Below, in pieces: positions 30,301 through 40,504 of a stretch of DNA of 64,000 nt. The notes below the pieces were generated by a model. It was not told the DNA's origin, searched no databases, and saw only the letters and a list, made by a program, of their open reading frames with translations. A program made the translations under genes and the position numbers. Position 1 is the stretch's first letter. Each line of letters starts with the position of its first letter. Origin of the DNA: Leptonemataceae bacterium (GTDB taxonomy: Bacteria; Spirochaetota; Leptospiria; Leptospirales; Leptonemataceae); the NCBI GenBank assembly GCA_965227295.1, contig OZ245742.1, positions 4,288,001 to 4,352,000 on the forward strand, in the 5' to 3' direction.

Positions 30301-30355
30301 TCCCCACCCCCGGGGAGACGCGCGGGTGCGCATAAAGCGTCCCCCGGGGTGGGGA
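30301..30355. repeat. Long GC-rich inverted repeat between the DsbA paralogs
   Basis: TCCCCACCCCCGGGGAGACGC...GCGTCCCCCGGGGTGGGGA. Confidence 0.7.
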
Positions 30356-30420
30356 CGTCGCCCGCGTGGGGGGACCGGGTAGTTCCTGATGGCCGCTCCA
30401 GTCCCGAGGATCTCTTTATC

Positions 30421-31443
30421 GTGTCATATCGTACTTTCTTAATTGTGGCTTTTCTTTTGTTAGTCACCGGGGTTCCTGCTCAGGATTCGCAGGAGGAGCC
30501 GTTTGTTGAGGTCGACGGCAAACGTTATACCGGGGCGGACCTGAAGGATTCGCCGGAGTTCGCGGCTTTGCAGCAGCACTATCGCGAACAGCTGACCGAG
30601 CTGCTGAAGTCCTTCGGCCGCGAGAAGCTGTTTGAACGCGAGGCCCGGGCTCAGAACATTTCGGTAGAATCTTACAAAGAAAAGTTACGTAAGAAAGCGG
30701 GAGAACCTTCCGAGGAGGAAATTCGCGAGGCCTATGATCGTCTGCAAGCCGCGGGACGGTTTGAGGACGGCCAGAGCTTCGAGGATCTGCGCGACTCCGT
30801 GGCGAACTATCTGCGCGCGCTTAAGTTCAGCGAGGTGATGGACGCCGAGCGTCGTCGACTGGAAAAGAAGTACGGCTTCAAATCCCACAGCGGGCCGGTG
30901 GTGCGCCACGACGTGCCCGTCGACAATGAACCGGTGCGGCCCGGCGCACGCAAAAACGCGGAGATCACCATCGTGGAATTCGCCGACTTCGAGTGCCCGT
31001 TTTGCCGCCGCGTACAGGACACCAGCCGACGCCTGCGCGAGCGCTACGGCGATCGCATCCGCTGGATCGTCAAAGACTTCCCGCTCTCGTTTCACGCAAA
31101 CGCCATGCCGGCTCACGTTGCCGCGAATTGCGTGGGTCGACAGAGTGCTTCGGCTTACTTTCAGTTCTTTGACGGTTTGTACCGACACGATCAGCCCGAG
31201 GACTATCTGTCCGCCGCGAATCTGCGCAGGCTCGCCGGTAAGTCAGGGGCGGACCTGGCAAAGTTCGATGAATGCGTCAAAGATGCCGATGCGATCATAG
31301 CGGAGATCGAAGAGGACATTGATCAGGGCCAGGCAATCGGGGTGCAGGGCACGCCTTCGTTTTTTATTAACGGTCGGTTGATTGCCGGGGCACAGGACTA
31401 CGAGGCGTTTGTGGGTGTGATTGAAGAAGAACTGAGGCGCTGA
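30421..31443 (+). CDS. DsbA/thioredoxin-family exported protein (paralog)
   Basis: Sec signal from GTG 30421, FADFECPFC, KDFPLSFH, GTPSFFING. Confidence 0.88.
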   Translation: MSYRTFLIVAFLLLVTGVPAQDSQEEPFVEVDGKRYTGADLKDSPEFAALQQHYREQLTELLKSFGREKLFEREARAQNISVESYKEKLRKKAGEPSEEEIREAYDRLQAAGRFEDGQSFEDLRDSVANYLRALKFSEVMDAERRRLEKKYGFKSHSGPVVRHDVPVDNEPVRPGARKNAEITIVEFADFECPFCRRVQDTSRRLRERYGDRIRWIVKDFPLSFHANAMPAHVAANCVGRQSASAYFQFFDGLYRHDQPEDYLSAANLRRLAGKSGADLAKFDECVKDADAIIAEIEEDIDQGQAIGVQGTPSFFINGRLIAGAQDYEAFVGVIEEELRR

Positions 31444-31462
31444 TCGCCGTCGCCATCGAGGC

Positions 31463-33679
31463 ATGTTTTCCTACGCTTTTTTGCCGTACGCCACGGCTCT
31501 CGTTTCCGTGGCGAATATTTTCGTAGCCCTGCGGTTCCGCCGGACGACAGCCGCGGCACCTTTCCTCGGCATGATCGTCGCGACGACGCTCTATTCTCTG
31601 GGGCACGCCTTTGAACTTGCGAGCCGGGATCTGGCGGGCGCCGTTTTTTGGGACAACGCTCAGTTTCTGCCGACCCTGCTCGCTCCCGGTTGCGTGTTAT
31701 CCTTCGCCATTTCCTACTGCTTTCCGCAGGCCCGACAACGCTGGCTCGTGACTCTGATTGGAATTCTGATCGTCGTCGACCAGGCTGTGGTCTGGCTCGG
31801 TCCGGACAATCTGCTGCGTCGCAACGTCCGCATGCTCAGCAGCAACGGCATCGAGTACCTGGTCTATGACTACGGCCCGTGGTTGTGGTTCCTCGTAGTG
31901 TTGACTTATTTGCAGCTACTGAGCGTGGTCGTATTGCTCGGTCATCGTTTTGTTTTCGCCGGGCGTCTGTCCCGGCGACAGATCGGTCTGGTGTTGATCG
32001 GTGTACTGGTTCCCTGGGTCGGCACGGTTCTCACGGTCAGCGGCGCCGTTCCGTTTTCCCATCCCGGCCTGGATCTTACGCCGATCACGTTTACGTTTAC
32101 GAACATCATCCTGTCCGTGGCCCTGTTCCGCTTTCGTTTGTTGGATCTCGTTCCCATCGCCCGGGAACGCGTGCTGGAAGTGATGGTGGACGGAGTTCTC
32201 GTCACCGCTTTTCCGAATCACGAACTGGTAGACTGGAACCCTGCCGCGCGAACCATGCTCGCGCCGTACGCCCGACGGCGCTGGGAAGCCGGGACTCCGC
32301 TAACCGCTCTGGTTCCCGAACTGTACGCGCTCGCAGACCCAGGCGAGTCCATCGACCTCGGCGACGGCGCGAACCAAATATCCCTCGTCGTCCGCCGAAC
32401 GATTCTACGCGATTCCGATCGGGCCACCCGCGGTGAAGTCTGGACCGTGCAGGATGTCACCGAACGGATCCAGGCGTATCGCGAACTTGAAGCGGAACGC
32501 CGACGCGCGGAAGAAGCCAACGCCGCAAAGAGCCGGTTCATCGCCATGATCAGTCATGAGATTCGCACGCCCATGAACGCGATCCTGGGTTCGGCGGATC
32601 TCTTAAGCGAGTCGCCGTTAAACCAGGACCAACACGAGCTCGTGCGCATCTTTCGCACCGCGGGACGTACGTTGTTGAACATGCTGAACGACGTTCTGGA
32701 TATTTCGCGCATCGAGGCCGGCCGGGTCACGCTGCAACCCGAGGACTTTCGCCCGGCCGAGCTGCTCGCGGACCTGCAGGGCATCTTCCAGGGCCGGGCC
32801 GCCGAAGCAGGCACTACGCTGCGTTTCAGCATTGCGGAGAATACGCCGGAACTCATACGCGCCGATGCCCAGCGAATCACCCAGGTGCTTTCGAATCTTA
32901 TGAGCAACGCGATTAAGTTTACATCGCAGGGTTTTATTGATATTAATCTAAGAAAACCGGCGGACGGACGGTTGGAATTCACCGTGGAAGATTCAGGAAC
33001 CGGAATTCCCGAAGACTTTCTCCAGCATCTCTTCGATCCCTTCAGCCAGGCCGGCAGCGACCAGCCGCGCGAGGGGGCCGGCCTCGGCCTGGCGATCACG
33101 AAACACCTGGTGCATATTATGGGCGGAGAGATCGAAGCCCGCAACCGCACTCCGGCGGAGGGACGCTCCGGGGCCTGCTTTCGTTTTACGGTAGCTTACG
33201 AAGCGCCGTCCGCCGTCGAAGACCAGGGTGAATCGGAACCGGCCGACGCAGGGCACAGCCGGGAACGCGCAGCCCGCGCCAGGCGACCGGGAAAACAACC
33301 GGTACGCGCGCTCATTGCCGAGGATACCGAGGTGAATCGGGTACTCATCGAACGTTTTCTTAAGAATAGCTCAGTAGAACTTACCTTCGCCCACGACGGT
33401 CGCGAGGCCGTGGATTGTTTCGAGCAGGCCCGCTTCGACATCGTATTCCTCGACGTGCAGATGCCGGAACTGGACGGCTACGCCGCCGCCCGGGAAATGC
33501 GCCGCCACGAAGTCAGTACCGGTAAGCCGCGCACGCCGATCCTGGCGCTCACCGCCTACGCCATGCAGGAAGAACGGCGGCGCGCCCTGGACGCGGGAAT
33601 GGACGATCATCTGACGAAACCGATCGATCGGAAGACGCTGGAAGCGGCGATTGAAAGGTTTGTGGGGGGACCGGAATAA
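31463..33679 (+). CDS. Hybrid sensor histidine kinase (HisKA_7TM-PAS-HK-REC)
   Basis: 7TM N-terminus, SHEIRTPMN, NAIKFT, DSGTGI, GAGLGL, DVQMP, KP. Confidence 0.93.
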   Translation: MFSYAFLPYATALVSVANIFVALRFRRTTAAAPFLGMIVATTLYSLGHAFELASRDLAGAVFWDNAQFLPTLLAPGCVLSFAISYCFPQARQRWLVTLIGILIVVDQAVVWLGPDNLLRRNVRMLSSNGIEYLVYDYGPWLWFLVVLTYLQLLSVVVLLGHRFVFAGRLSRRQIGLVLIGVLVPWVGTVLTVSGAVPFSHPGLDLTPITFTFTNIILSVALFRFRLLDLVPIARERVLEVMVDGVLVTAFPNHELVDWNPAARTMLAPYARRRWEAGTPLTALVPELYALADPGESIDLGDGANQISLVVRRTILRDSDRATRGEVWTVQDVTERIQAYRELEAERRRAEEANAAKSRFIAMISHEIRTPMNAILGSADLLSESPLNQDQHELVRIFRTAGRTLLNMLNDVLDISRIEAGRVTLQPEDFRPAELLADLQGIFQGRAAEAGTTLRFSIAENTPELIRADAQRITQVLSNLMSNAIKFTSQGFIDINLRKPADGRLEFTVEDSGTGIPEDFLQHLFDPFSQAGSDQPREGAGLGLAITKHLVHIMGGEIEARNRTPAEGRSGACFRFTVAYEAPSAVEDQGESEPADAGHSRERAARARRPGKQPVRALIAEDTEVNRVLIERFLKNSSVELTFAHDGREAVDCFEQARFDIVFLDVQMPELDGYAAAREMRRHEVSTGKPRTPILALTAYAMQEERRRALDAGMDDHLTKPIDRKTLEAAIERFVGGPE

Positions 33680-33688
33680 GCCGGAATT

Positions 33689-34846
33689 TTAAGATCGACC
33701 CACCTTCTCCTGATAACCGAAGTAGTAACGATCCTTCAACGGTTCCTCCGCCGCGGCACGCAGCCGGTCCTCGACGCCCTTGTGCTCCGGAACGTGGGCC
33801 GGGTCGATGTCGAAGTGCACGGCGTTTTCGAAAGGTCGTAACAGCAACTCCGCGTCACTTAAGTCGCTCAACGCTTCGGTAAAAAGGATCTCCCGGTACA
33901 ATTCCAGGTTCGCGGGGTTCAGGCAACGACTGCCGAGAGACAGAGGCTCCACCGCCACCTGAACCAGCAGTTTACTCTGCAACCAGGGATCCGCGAGCAT
34001 GGTGTCATAGTCGAGATCGAAGAGTTGCTGTACGGTGCCGTACGTCCGCCGTACGTTTTCCCGCGCGATGATGAAGGCCGGCACGTACTTCTCCAGCTCC
34101 TGGCCGGTCCACACAATCTGCTTGCACCGAACGTAACCGAGCAAAGCGTGCGCCAGGTTGAGCGGCGCATGCATGCGCGCGTTGAAACGATAGGTGCGTT
34201 GCTGGTTTTCCTGAACGAGCACCTCCGTCCGATACTCCAGTTCTTCGTCGGTGCGGTATTCTTCGGCGAGTTGCATGAGGCTCTGGAACTGCTCACGAAC
34301 GCCCGCATGATTCGGATCGCTGGCATCGTAGTGGAGCCTGTTGATATCGTAGAGGGCTTCCGCCGTGAGTCCGCGCAGCAGCCCCTCTTCTTCTAAGATG
34401 ATGTGCATTTCCAGCAGGTCGTCCGTGCGATCGGCGACGGCGAACAGCTTTTCGTAGGCCGCGACGGCGCGATCCTGGTAGCCGTGGCTCTGCGCGGCCT
34501 CGTAGGATGCACGGTACTGCTCCAGGAACTCGCTTACGGTGGGGAGTTTCGGCGCCGTTTCCCCGGCCGGCGGCGCATCCGCGGCCGCGGCGGGCGCACT
34601 CGCGGCCTGAGACGCGCGAGTCATTAAGTCCGTTTGTTTTTGCATTAAGCCGGAAGATTGCAGCTCCGTCATGAACGCGCCGACGTCGCCGGCTCGCTCT
34701 CCCAGGGCGTACATCTCTTCACGAAAGGCGTCAATCTCCGCCTGCACTCCCGGATCGCTCACCTGCACATGCGCGAAGCCGGACAGCATTCCGTCGATGG
34801 TCTGTTGAATCATGGCGTCCATAACGTCCTCCTGTCGGTTGCTCAC
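33689..34846 (-). CDS. Hypothetical helical protein
   Basis: 385 aa ORF overlapping the upstream gene by 4 bp; alternative ATG 34822 with GGAGG RBS. Confidence 0.75.
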   Translation of the reverse strand: MSNRQEDVMDAMIQQTIDGMLSGFAHVQVSDPGVQAEIDAFREEMYALGERAGDVGAFMTELQSSGLMQKQTDLMTRASQAASAPAAAADAPPAGETAPKLPTVSEFLEQYRASYEAAQSHGYQDRAVAAYEKLFAVADRTDDLLEMHIILEEEGLLRGLTAEALYDINRLHYDASDPNHAGVREQFQSLMQLAEEYRTDEELEYRTEVLVQENQQRTYRFNARMHAPLNLAHALLGYVRCKQIVWTGQELEKYVPAFIIARENVRRTYGTVQQLFDLDYDTMLADPWLQSKLLVQVAVEPLSLGSRCLNPANLELYREILFTEALSDLSDAELLLRPFENAVHFDIDPAHVPEHKGVEDRLRAAAEEPLKDRYYFGYQEKVGRS

Positions 34847-35652
34847 ACCGGCCCCGAATAGAATTCCTTGCGATCATACTCGCCCGGCTCCTTTTCCGGC
34901 GCCCAGGCCAGGTAGACGGTTCGCGTGCAGCGCCCTTCAAATTCGCGACCCATCTGTTTAAGATCTTCTGCGCGTGACTTAACAACTTCCAGGGCCGCCC
35001 GGCTGCGTTCCTGCAGCTCCGCTTCCGCCGCCGTACGATCCGGGTCCGCCGCGAGTACGTCCTGAATGTCCCGCACGGCCGCGGCGTACTGTTCGTCTCC
35101 GAGCACCGAATGTTTGCGAAAGTAGTCCTGGCCCACGGCCTCCGCGAAACTACTGCCCGCGCCTTCGATGCGCCGTGCGAGATCGCGCAACCGCTGCACG
35201 GCCTTCGCATGCCCCGGGTCCGCCGGAAACAAACCGCGCAGTTGCAGGACCAGCGCGAGCATTTCATCCAGCGCGCCGACGATGTCCCCGACGCGATTGA
35301 GTTCCTTTGCAACGTCCTGGTCCCAGCCGGTGACGTACGCGGCCTGGTAGTCGGCGGCCACGCGGTCGTGTTGCGCGCGGTAGAGATCGGCCGCGCCGTC
35401 GAGGGTCGGCGCGAATTCCCGCGCGGCCTTTTCCCGGGCGTGCATTTTGTCGAGGTAGAGGGCCTGGGCCGGTTTTTCCCAATAGCCCTCGGCCTTCATG
35501 CGGCTCTGGATTTCTTCGTAACTTGCGCACTCGCCCACGAGCTTTGCGAGATCGGAGTAGACCTGCGCCTGGTTCGGAGCGAGGCCGCTCTCTGTGTGTT
35601 TCTGTGCGAGGAGTTCGTAGTAGTAGACGCTGCGCTGGATCTTATCGGCCAT
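34843..35652 (-). CDS. Hypothetical helical protein
   Basis: 269 aa ORF, operonic with the previous gene. Confidence 0.75.
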   Translation of the reverse strand: MADKIQRSVYYYELLAQKHTESGLAPNQAQVYSDLAKLVGECASYEEIQSRMKAEGYWEKPAQALYLDKMHAREKAAREFAPTLDGAADLYRAQHDRVAADYQAAYVTGWDQDVAKELNRVGDIVGALDEMLALVLQLRGLFPADPGHAKAVQRLRDLARRIEGAGSSFAEAVGQDYFRKHSVLGDEQYAAAVRDIQDVLAADPDRTAAEAELQERSRAALEVVKSRAEDLKQMGREFEGRCTRTVYLAWAPEKEPGEYDRKEFYSGPV

Positions 35653-35697
35653 GACGTTTTTTGATGATGCAGTCGAGAACCGACAAGCGCTTTTCGC

Positions 35698-36096
35698 TCA
35701 GCGCTCGCGATGCCGGGTCCCGACTCCGGCCGTAATAAACAGGGCCGTGCACTCGCCGTCGACATCCGCCGTATGCCAGACGCCCGGCGCATTGATCGCG
35801 TACTCTCCGGCCTCAAGCCGGACACGATTCTCGCCGGCCTGCGTTTCCTGGATCAGCACCATACTCCCGCGGAGGCAATACACGACCTCGGCCCCGGAGG
35901 GATGCATCTCCCAACTCGTCCAGGATTCATGAAACGTGTACTCGGCGACCAGTCGCGCCTCTAAGCCGTCGGACTCGTGACGCTGCACGTAGTCCGCGAA
36001 CCACTCAAACCCGGTGATCGTCGACTCCGGAACGGCCGTGGCCCCGAGACCCAGGTGGATGGGATGCGAACTCAGTTTGTAAGATGATTGGTCCAT
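35698..36096 (-). CDS. Cupin domain protein
   Basis: WEMHPSGAEVV, INAPGVWHTAD; start ATG 36096. Confidence 0.88.
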   Translation of the reverse strand: MDQSSYKLSSHPIHLGLGATAVPESTITGFEWFADYVQRHESDGLEARLVAEYTFHESWTSWEMHPSGAEVVYCLRGSMVLIQETQAGENRVRLEAGEYAINAPGVWHTADVDGECTALFITAGVGTRHRER

Positions 36097-36122
36097 GGAT
36101 GATCGCCTGTCCTGCGCGGTCG

Positions 36123-36157
36123 AAAAAAAACGGCGCGCCCGAAATCGGAACGCGCCG
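36123..36157 (-). terminator. Rho-independent terminator of mdh
   Basis: Minus strand CGGCGCG-TTCCGATTTCGGG-CGCGCCG followed by T8. Confidence 0.8.
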
Positions 36158-36189
36158 CCTTTCATCAGCTAACTTATGCCGGCCGAATC

Positions 36190-37212
<1,023 letters not shown>

Positions 37213-37242
37213 TCAAGTCACTTATAGGGGGAAAATACGCTT

Positions 37243-37347
37243 TCTTCGCGCCAGGGTGGTCGCGAAGCGAGTCTTTGCGCAGCAAAGACCGAAGCCGAAG
37301 GCGGAGCCCTGGAAAGCCCGGTCGACGCCGAAGGCGGCGAGGCGCCC
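37243..37347 (-). repeat. Structured intergenic element, copy C
   Basis: Reverse complement GGGCGCC-hairpin-CCGGGCTTTCCAGGGCTCCGCC...CCCTGGCGC-GAAGA. Confidence 0.85.
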
Positions 37348-37437
37348 TGAAAAAATCTCCGGTGACAACACGCGGCTTAGCTTAACTTAAGTTGATATTT
37401 ACCGGGGCGACCCGCCCGCCCGGCAGAGTGGAATTGG

Positions 37438-38313
37438 TCATTTCCGCAGCTGCTCGATGATCTCCGGAAAGTTCTCGTGGTTCCCGGCGGCCGCCGCTTC
37501 TTTCGAGTATTCCTGCGCGTACAATGCCAGTTCGTACGCGTTGCTGCCGTACATGTTCACATACTCCAGGCTCGCGCCCCGGTTTACGAGCAAACGCACC
37601 GTATCGACGTGCCCGAACCAGATGGCGTGATGCAGCGCCGTCATCTTTGAGTCGCCAGGCGCATCGATGTCGAAGATCTGCGGCGCCGAATCCAGCAAAC
37701 GTTCGATGAACGCCGTGCGCCCCTCTTTCGCGAGGTCCGTGTGGATTATACGCACGTATTCGGAGGCTTCCGCGTGCGGCGGGACGTGGGCGGTCTTGCC
37801 GTTCGCGCAAACAACCACCGCCGCCTCAACCGGCGACAGCGCGGTGCGCACACCCGCGGCCAGCGTGCCAATCACTTGCGGATCGCGGTCGAGCATTACG
37901 GCCAGGGCGTAGGCCGTGTGGCCGTGCCAGGTCGCGGCGACGTTCGCGCCGGCTTTGATTAACATGTTAATCGAAACCACGCCCCGCCCCCGGCGCACGG
38001 CGTGGTGCAGGGCCGTGCCGGAGTTGTTGAGATCCTCGTCCGGATCGGCGCCGGCGTCGAGGAGCAGTTGCAGGCCCTCCCGGTGGCCGCCGGTTTCATC
38101 GTGCGGGTCGTCCTCGAAGTCGAGCTTGCGTTTCAGGGCGTTGGTACCTTCGGGCCGCGCGCCGGCTTCCAACAATATGCGCAGATAGACCGGGTCCTGG
38201 TGTTCGGCGGCGTGATACAGGGACTCGTTATCGTTCGGGTCCCGGCCGGCAGCCAGGAGCTCGCGTACGCGTTCCAGTTCGCCGCGCGCCACGGCCGCGT
38301 AGAGTTCGCTCAC
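37438..38313 (-). CDS. Ankyrin repeat protein
   Basis: TALHHAV, MTALHHAI..GH...V.LL, LL.AGA.P. Confidence 0.9.
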   Translation of the reverse strand: MSELYAAVARGELERVRELLAAGRDPNDNESLYHAAEHQDPVYLRILLEAGARPEGTNALKRKLDFEDDPHDETGGHREGLQLLLDAGADPDEDLNNSGTALHHAVRRGRGVVSINMLIKAGANVAATWHGHTAYALAVMLDRDPQVIGTLAAGVRTALSPVEAAVVVCANGKTAHVPPHAEASEYVRIIHTDLAKEGRTAFIERLLDSAPQIFDIDAPGDSKMTALHHAIWFGHVDTVRLLVNRGASLEYVNMYGSNAYELALYAQEYSKEAAAAGNHENFPEIIEQLRK

Positions 38314-38981
38314 AGGATGTTACTCAGGTCTTTGATGTCTTGAATCACGGCCGCGGCCCCCTCCCATTCCTCGACCGTGCCGTGGCCGTACGCCGCCGCA
38401 ATGAACGGCACGCCGTTCGAGATCGCCGCGTCGCGATCCGAGGTCCGGTCGCCGATTACCACGGCTTCGTCGGCCGCGTAGCCGCCGGCACGCAGGCAGT
38501 ACGCCACGAGCTCGTTTTTATTGTGAATGGTGCGATTGTCCACGAACGGCACGTCACGAAATAGGGCGTACGTGCCGTTCTTTCTCAAGATCGCCTCTAC
38601 GTACGGATAGCGCCCGTTGGAGACGCCCCAGAATTCGTAACCGCGCTCGCGTAACTTACGCAGAGTTTCAGTTACCCCGTCGTAGTGCTCGCCCTCCCCG
38701 AACGTAATGCCGCGCACCAGGCCGTGCAGGATCGTAAGGCTCAACTGCGATCGTTCGCGTTCGTCCAGGTCCGGCGCCAGGTTTTCGAAGATCACCTTCA
38801 CGGGCTTGCCGACCTGTTCCATAATCTCGGGAAGCGACGGCACCTTCTTCGGCTTGCCGTAGGTACTTCGAAACTCGTGGAACGACCGGGCGTAGATGGT
38901 GTGGATCATGCCCTCGCTGGAAAAAAGGGTGCCGTCCACGTCCCATAAGATGGCTTTGATTTTCGCTTTATTGAATGTCAT
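38310..38981 (-). CDS. HAD family hydrolase (phosphoglycolate phosphatase-like)
   Basis: WDVDGTL, SNG, IGDRTSD, YGHG. Confidence 0.9.
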   Translation of the reverse strand: MTFNKAKIKAILWDVDGTLFSSEGMIHTIYARSFHEFRSTYGKPKKVPSLPEIMEQVGKPVKVIFENLAPDLDERERSQLSLTILHGLVRGITFGEGEHYDGVTETLRKLRERGYEFWGVSNGRYPYVEAILRKNGTYALFRDVPFVDNRTIHNKNELVAYCLRAGGYAADEAVVIGDRTSDRDAAISNGVPFIAAAYGHGTVEEWEGAAAVIQDIKDLSNIL

Positions 38982-38994
38982 ACAGATTTCTTAA

Positions 38995-39105
38995 CTCTTG
39001 CGCCAGGGATTGAAGCGATGGCCGAAGGCCAGTCTCACCGCAGGTGAGACCGAAGCGATAGCGGAGTCGCGCAAAGCCCGGTCGCCGCGTAGCGGCGAGG
39101 CGCCC
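38995..39105 (-). repeat. Structured intergenic element, copy D
   Basis: Reverse complement GGGCGCC-hairpin-CCGGGCT..CGA-CTCCGCTATCGC...TCG..ATCCCTGGCGC-AAGAG. Confidence 0.9.
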
Positions 39106-39147
39106 AAACAAATCTTCCTGAATCTTATCTTAACCGCCTCTTTATTT

Positions 39148-39358
39148 GGGCGCCCCCGCCACGGGTCCGCTCTCGGCATCCATGCCTCCGCGGACACTTC
39201 CAACGTCTTGTTGGTCGCCTGGCGGTCGGGCTACTCCGCACTCCGCTATCGGCCAGTGGGGAACATCTACCGCGGCCACGACAAGCGTGGCCTTGCTGGT
39301 CCTCCGCTTCGCTCCGGACTGGCGCTTCGCGCCATGCTACGTATCCCTGGCGCGAAGA
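39148..39358 (+). repeat. Structured intergenic element, copy E (expanded)
   Basis: Same termini and core motifs, with extra hairpins inserted in two arms. Confidence 0.88.
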
Positions 39359-39384
39359 TTTAAGAGACGCACTCAGCAAATCTT

Positions 39385-40488
39385 TCACCGGTCCAACTCA
39401 AACGATTCAATGAACCGTTCAATCACTTCAATATGATCCTTCTCCGGGCTGTCGTGTATGTTCGAAGGTTCGTAGAGATGCTCGTCGAACAAATGAAAGT
39501 CGAAGATCTTTAACTGAAAGTCCGGCAACGTAATGATGATGTTTTCCGTGTGAATGTCCAGGATCAAGCGATCCCGCGTGGCGAGCAGTTCCGTGAACTT
39601 GATCAACCGGCGGAAATCCTCCGTAATTTTCAAGAGCACTTTTTTTTTGATCTTCCCGAAACGGCCGATGTCGAATTCGAAATCGTAAGCCGGCATGAAC
39701 GTGCGGCCCAGAAGGCCCTGATCGCGTTTGCGACCGGCCGTGGCGAATTCTTTCAGGTGTTTGCCCATGAGCAGGACCTGGGAGTCCATGGGCATCATCT
39801 TGCGCGAATAGAAGTCCTCATTCAAGCGGCGCCGGTAGCGCACGCCCATAAAAAACTTCGTGGGCAGCACCAGATCTCGCAGTTGCTCACGCACGATCCA
39901 GTAATGATACCGCTCCAGGCCCAGGCGGTAGAACTTACCCCGCAGACGTTCCCGGCGCCAGCGCGGGAGCCGGCTTTCGTAATGATCCAGTAAGTGCAAC
40001 TCTTCGGGTCTTAAGAAACCTTCTTTGTTGTCGACCACCTCCCGGTACAACGAGCCGAAGACCGGGTCCGAGCCGAGGATGTCCTTCGAAACCTTGACGA
40101 CCATCTGCCACGGGAGTTTGTAGACGAACTTGTACGAACCGCGCCCGATGTACGACTCCGGCGTAATCGGCATGAAATCTTCAAGAAACTCGCGATCGTG
40201 TTTGTAGTTCAAACGGAAGATGTGCGTGATCGGAAAGAGGTGCTCGTAGAGCCGCCGCGGCCAGGAGGACTGGCGCAACTGAAAATCCACGGGCAGTTGT
40301 TCGATGGACGGGGCCGTGAGTTCCCGGGCGCGATCGAAGGCCTGTTCGATCCACTTCTCGTCCGAGAACGAATCCATGAGCGAGCGCATGTAGGCCCCGG
40401 CATCCTGGCCGCTCTGTTCGACGCGCTTCCGGCCGCGACGGAGCCGATCGCGGACGCGGTCGTAAAATTTTCTGAATTCACCGGGCAT
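39385..40488 (-). CDS. Atypical protein-kinase-like protein
   Basis: IGRGSYKFVY Gly-loop, VVKV, LDIHTENI, IFDFH. Confidence 0.65.
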   Translation of the reverse strand: MPGEFRKFYDRVRDRLRRGRKRVEQSGQDAGAYMRSLMDSFSDEKWIEQAFDRARELTAPSIEQLPVDFQLRQSSWPRRLYEHLFPITHIFRLNYKHDREFLEDFMPITPESYIGRGSYKFVYKLPWQMVVKVSKDILGSDPVFGSLYREVVDNKEGFLRPEELHLLDHYESRLPRWRRERLRGKFYRLGLERYHYWIVREQLRDLVLPTKFFMGVRYRRRLNEDFYSRKMMPMDSQVLLMGKHLKEFATAGRKRDQGLLGRTFMPAYDFEFDIGRFGKIKKKVLLKITEDFRRLIKFTELLATRDRLILDIHTENIIITLPDFQLKIFDFHLFDEHLYEPSNIHDSPEKDHIEVIERFIESFELDR

Positions 40489-40504
40489 GTTCTAAACCTT
40501 TTCC

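Noticed and set aside
29848..30420. 531-aa ORF as a fused DsbA protein
   Set aside because: The upstream part overlaps the first DsbA gene in another frame; the signal peptide starts at 30421.
38991..39436. Short ORFs over repeat copies (also 9200-9406, 37154-37390, 47068-47277)
   Set aside because: They are translations of GC-rich palindromic repeats with no protein motifs.
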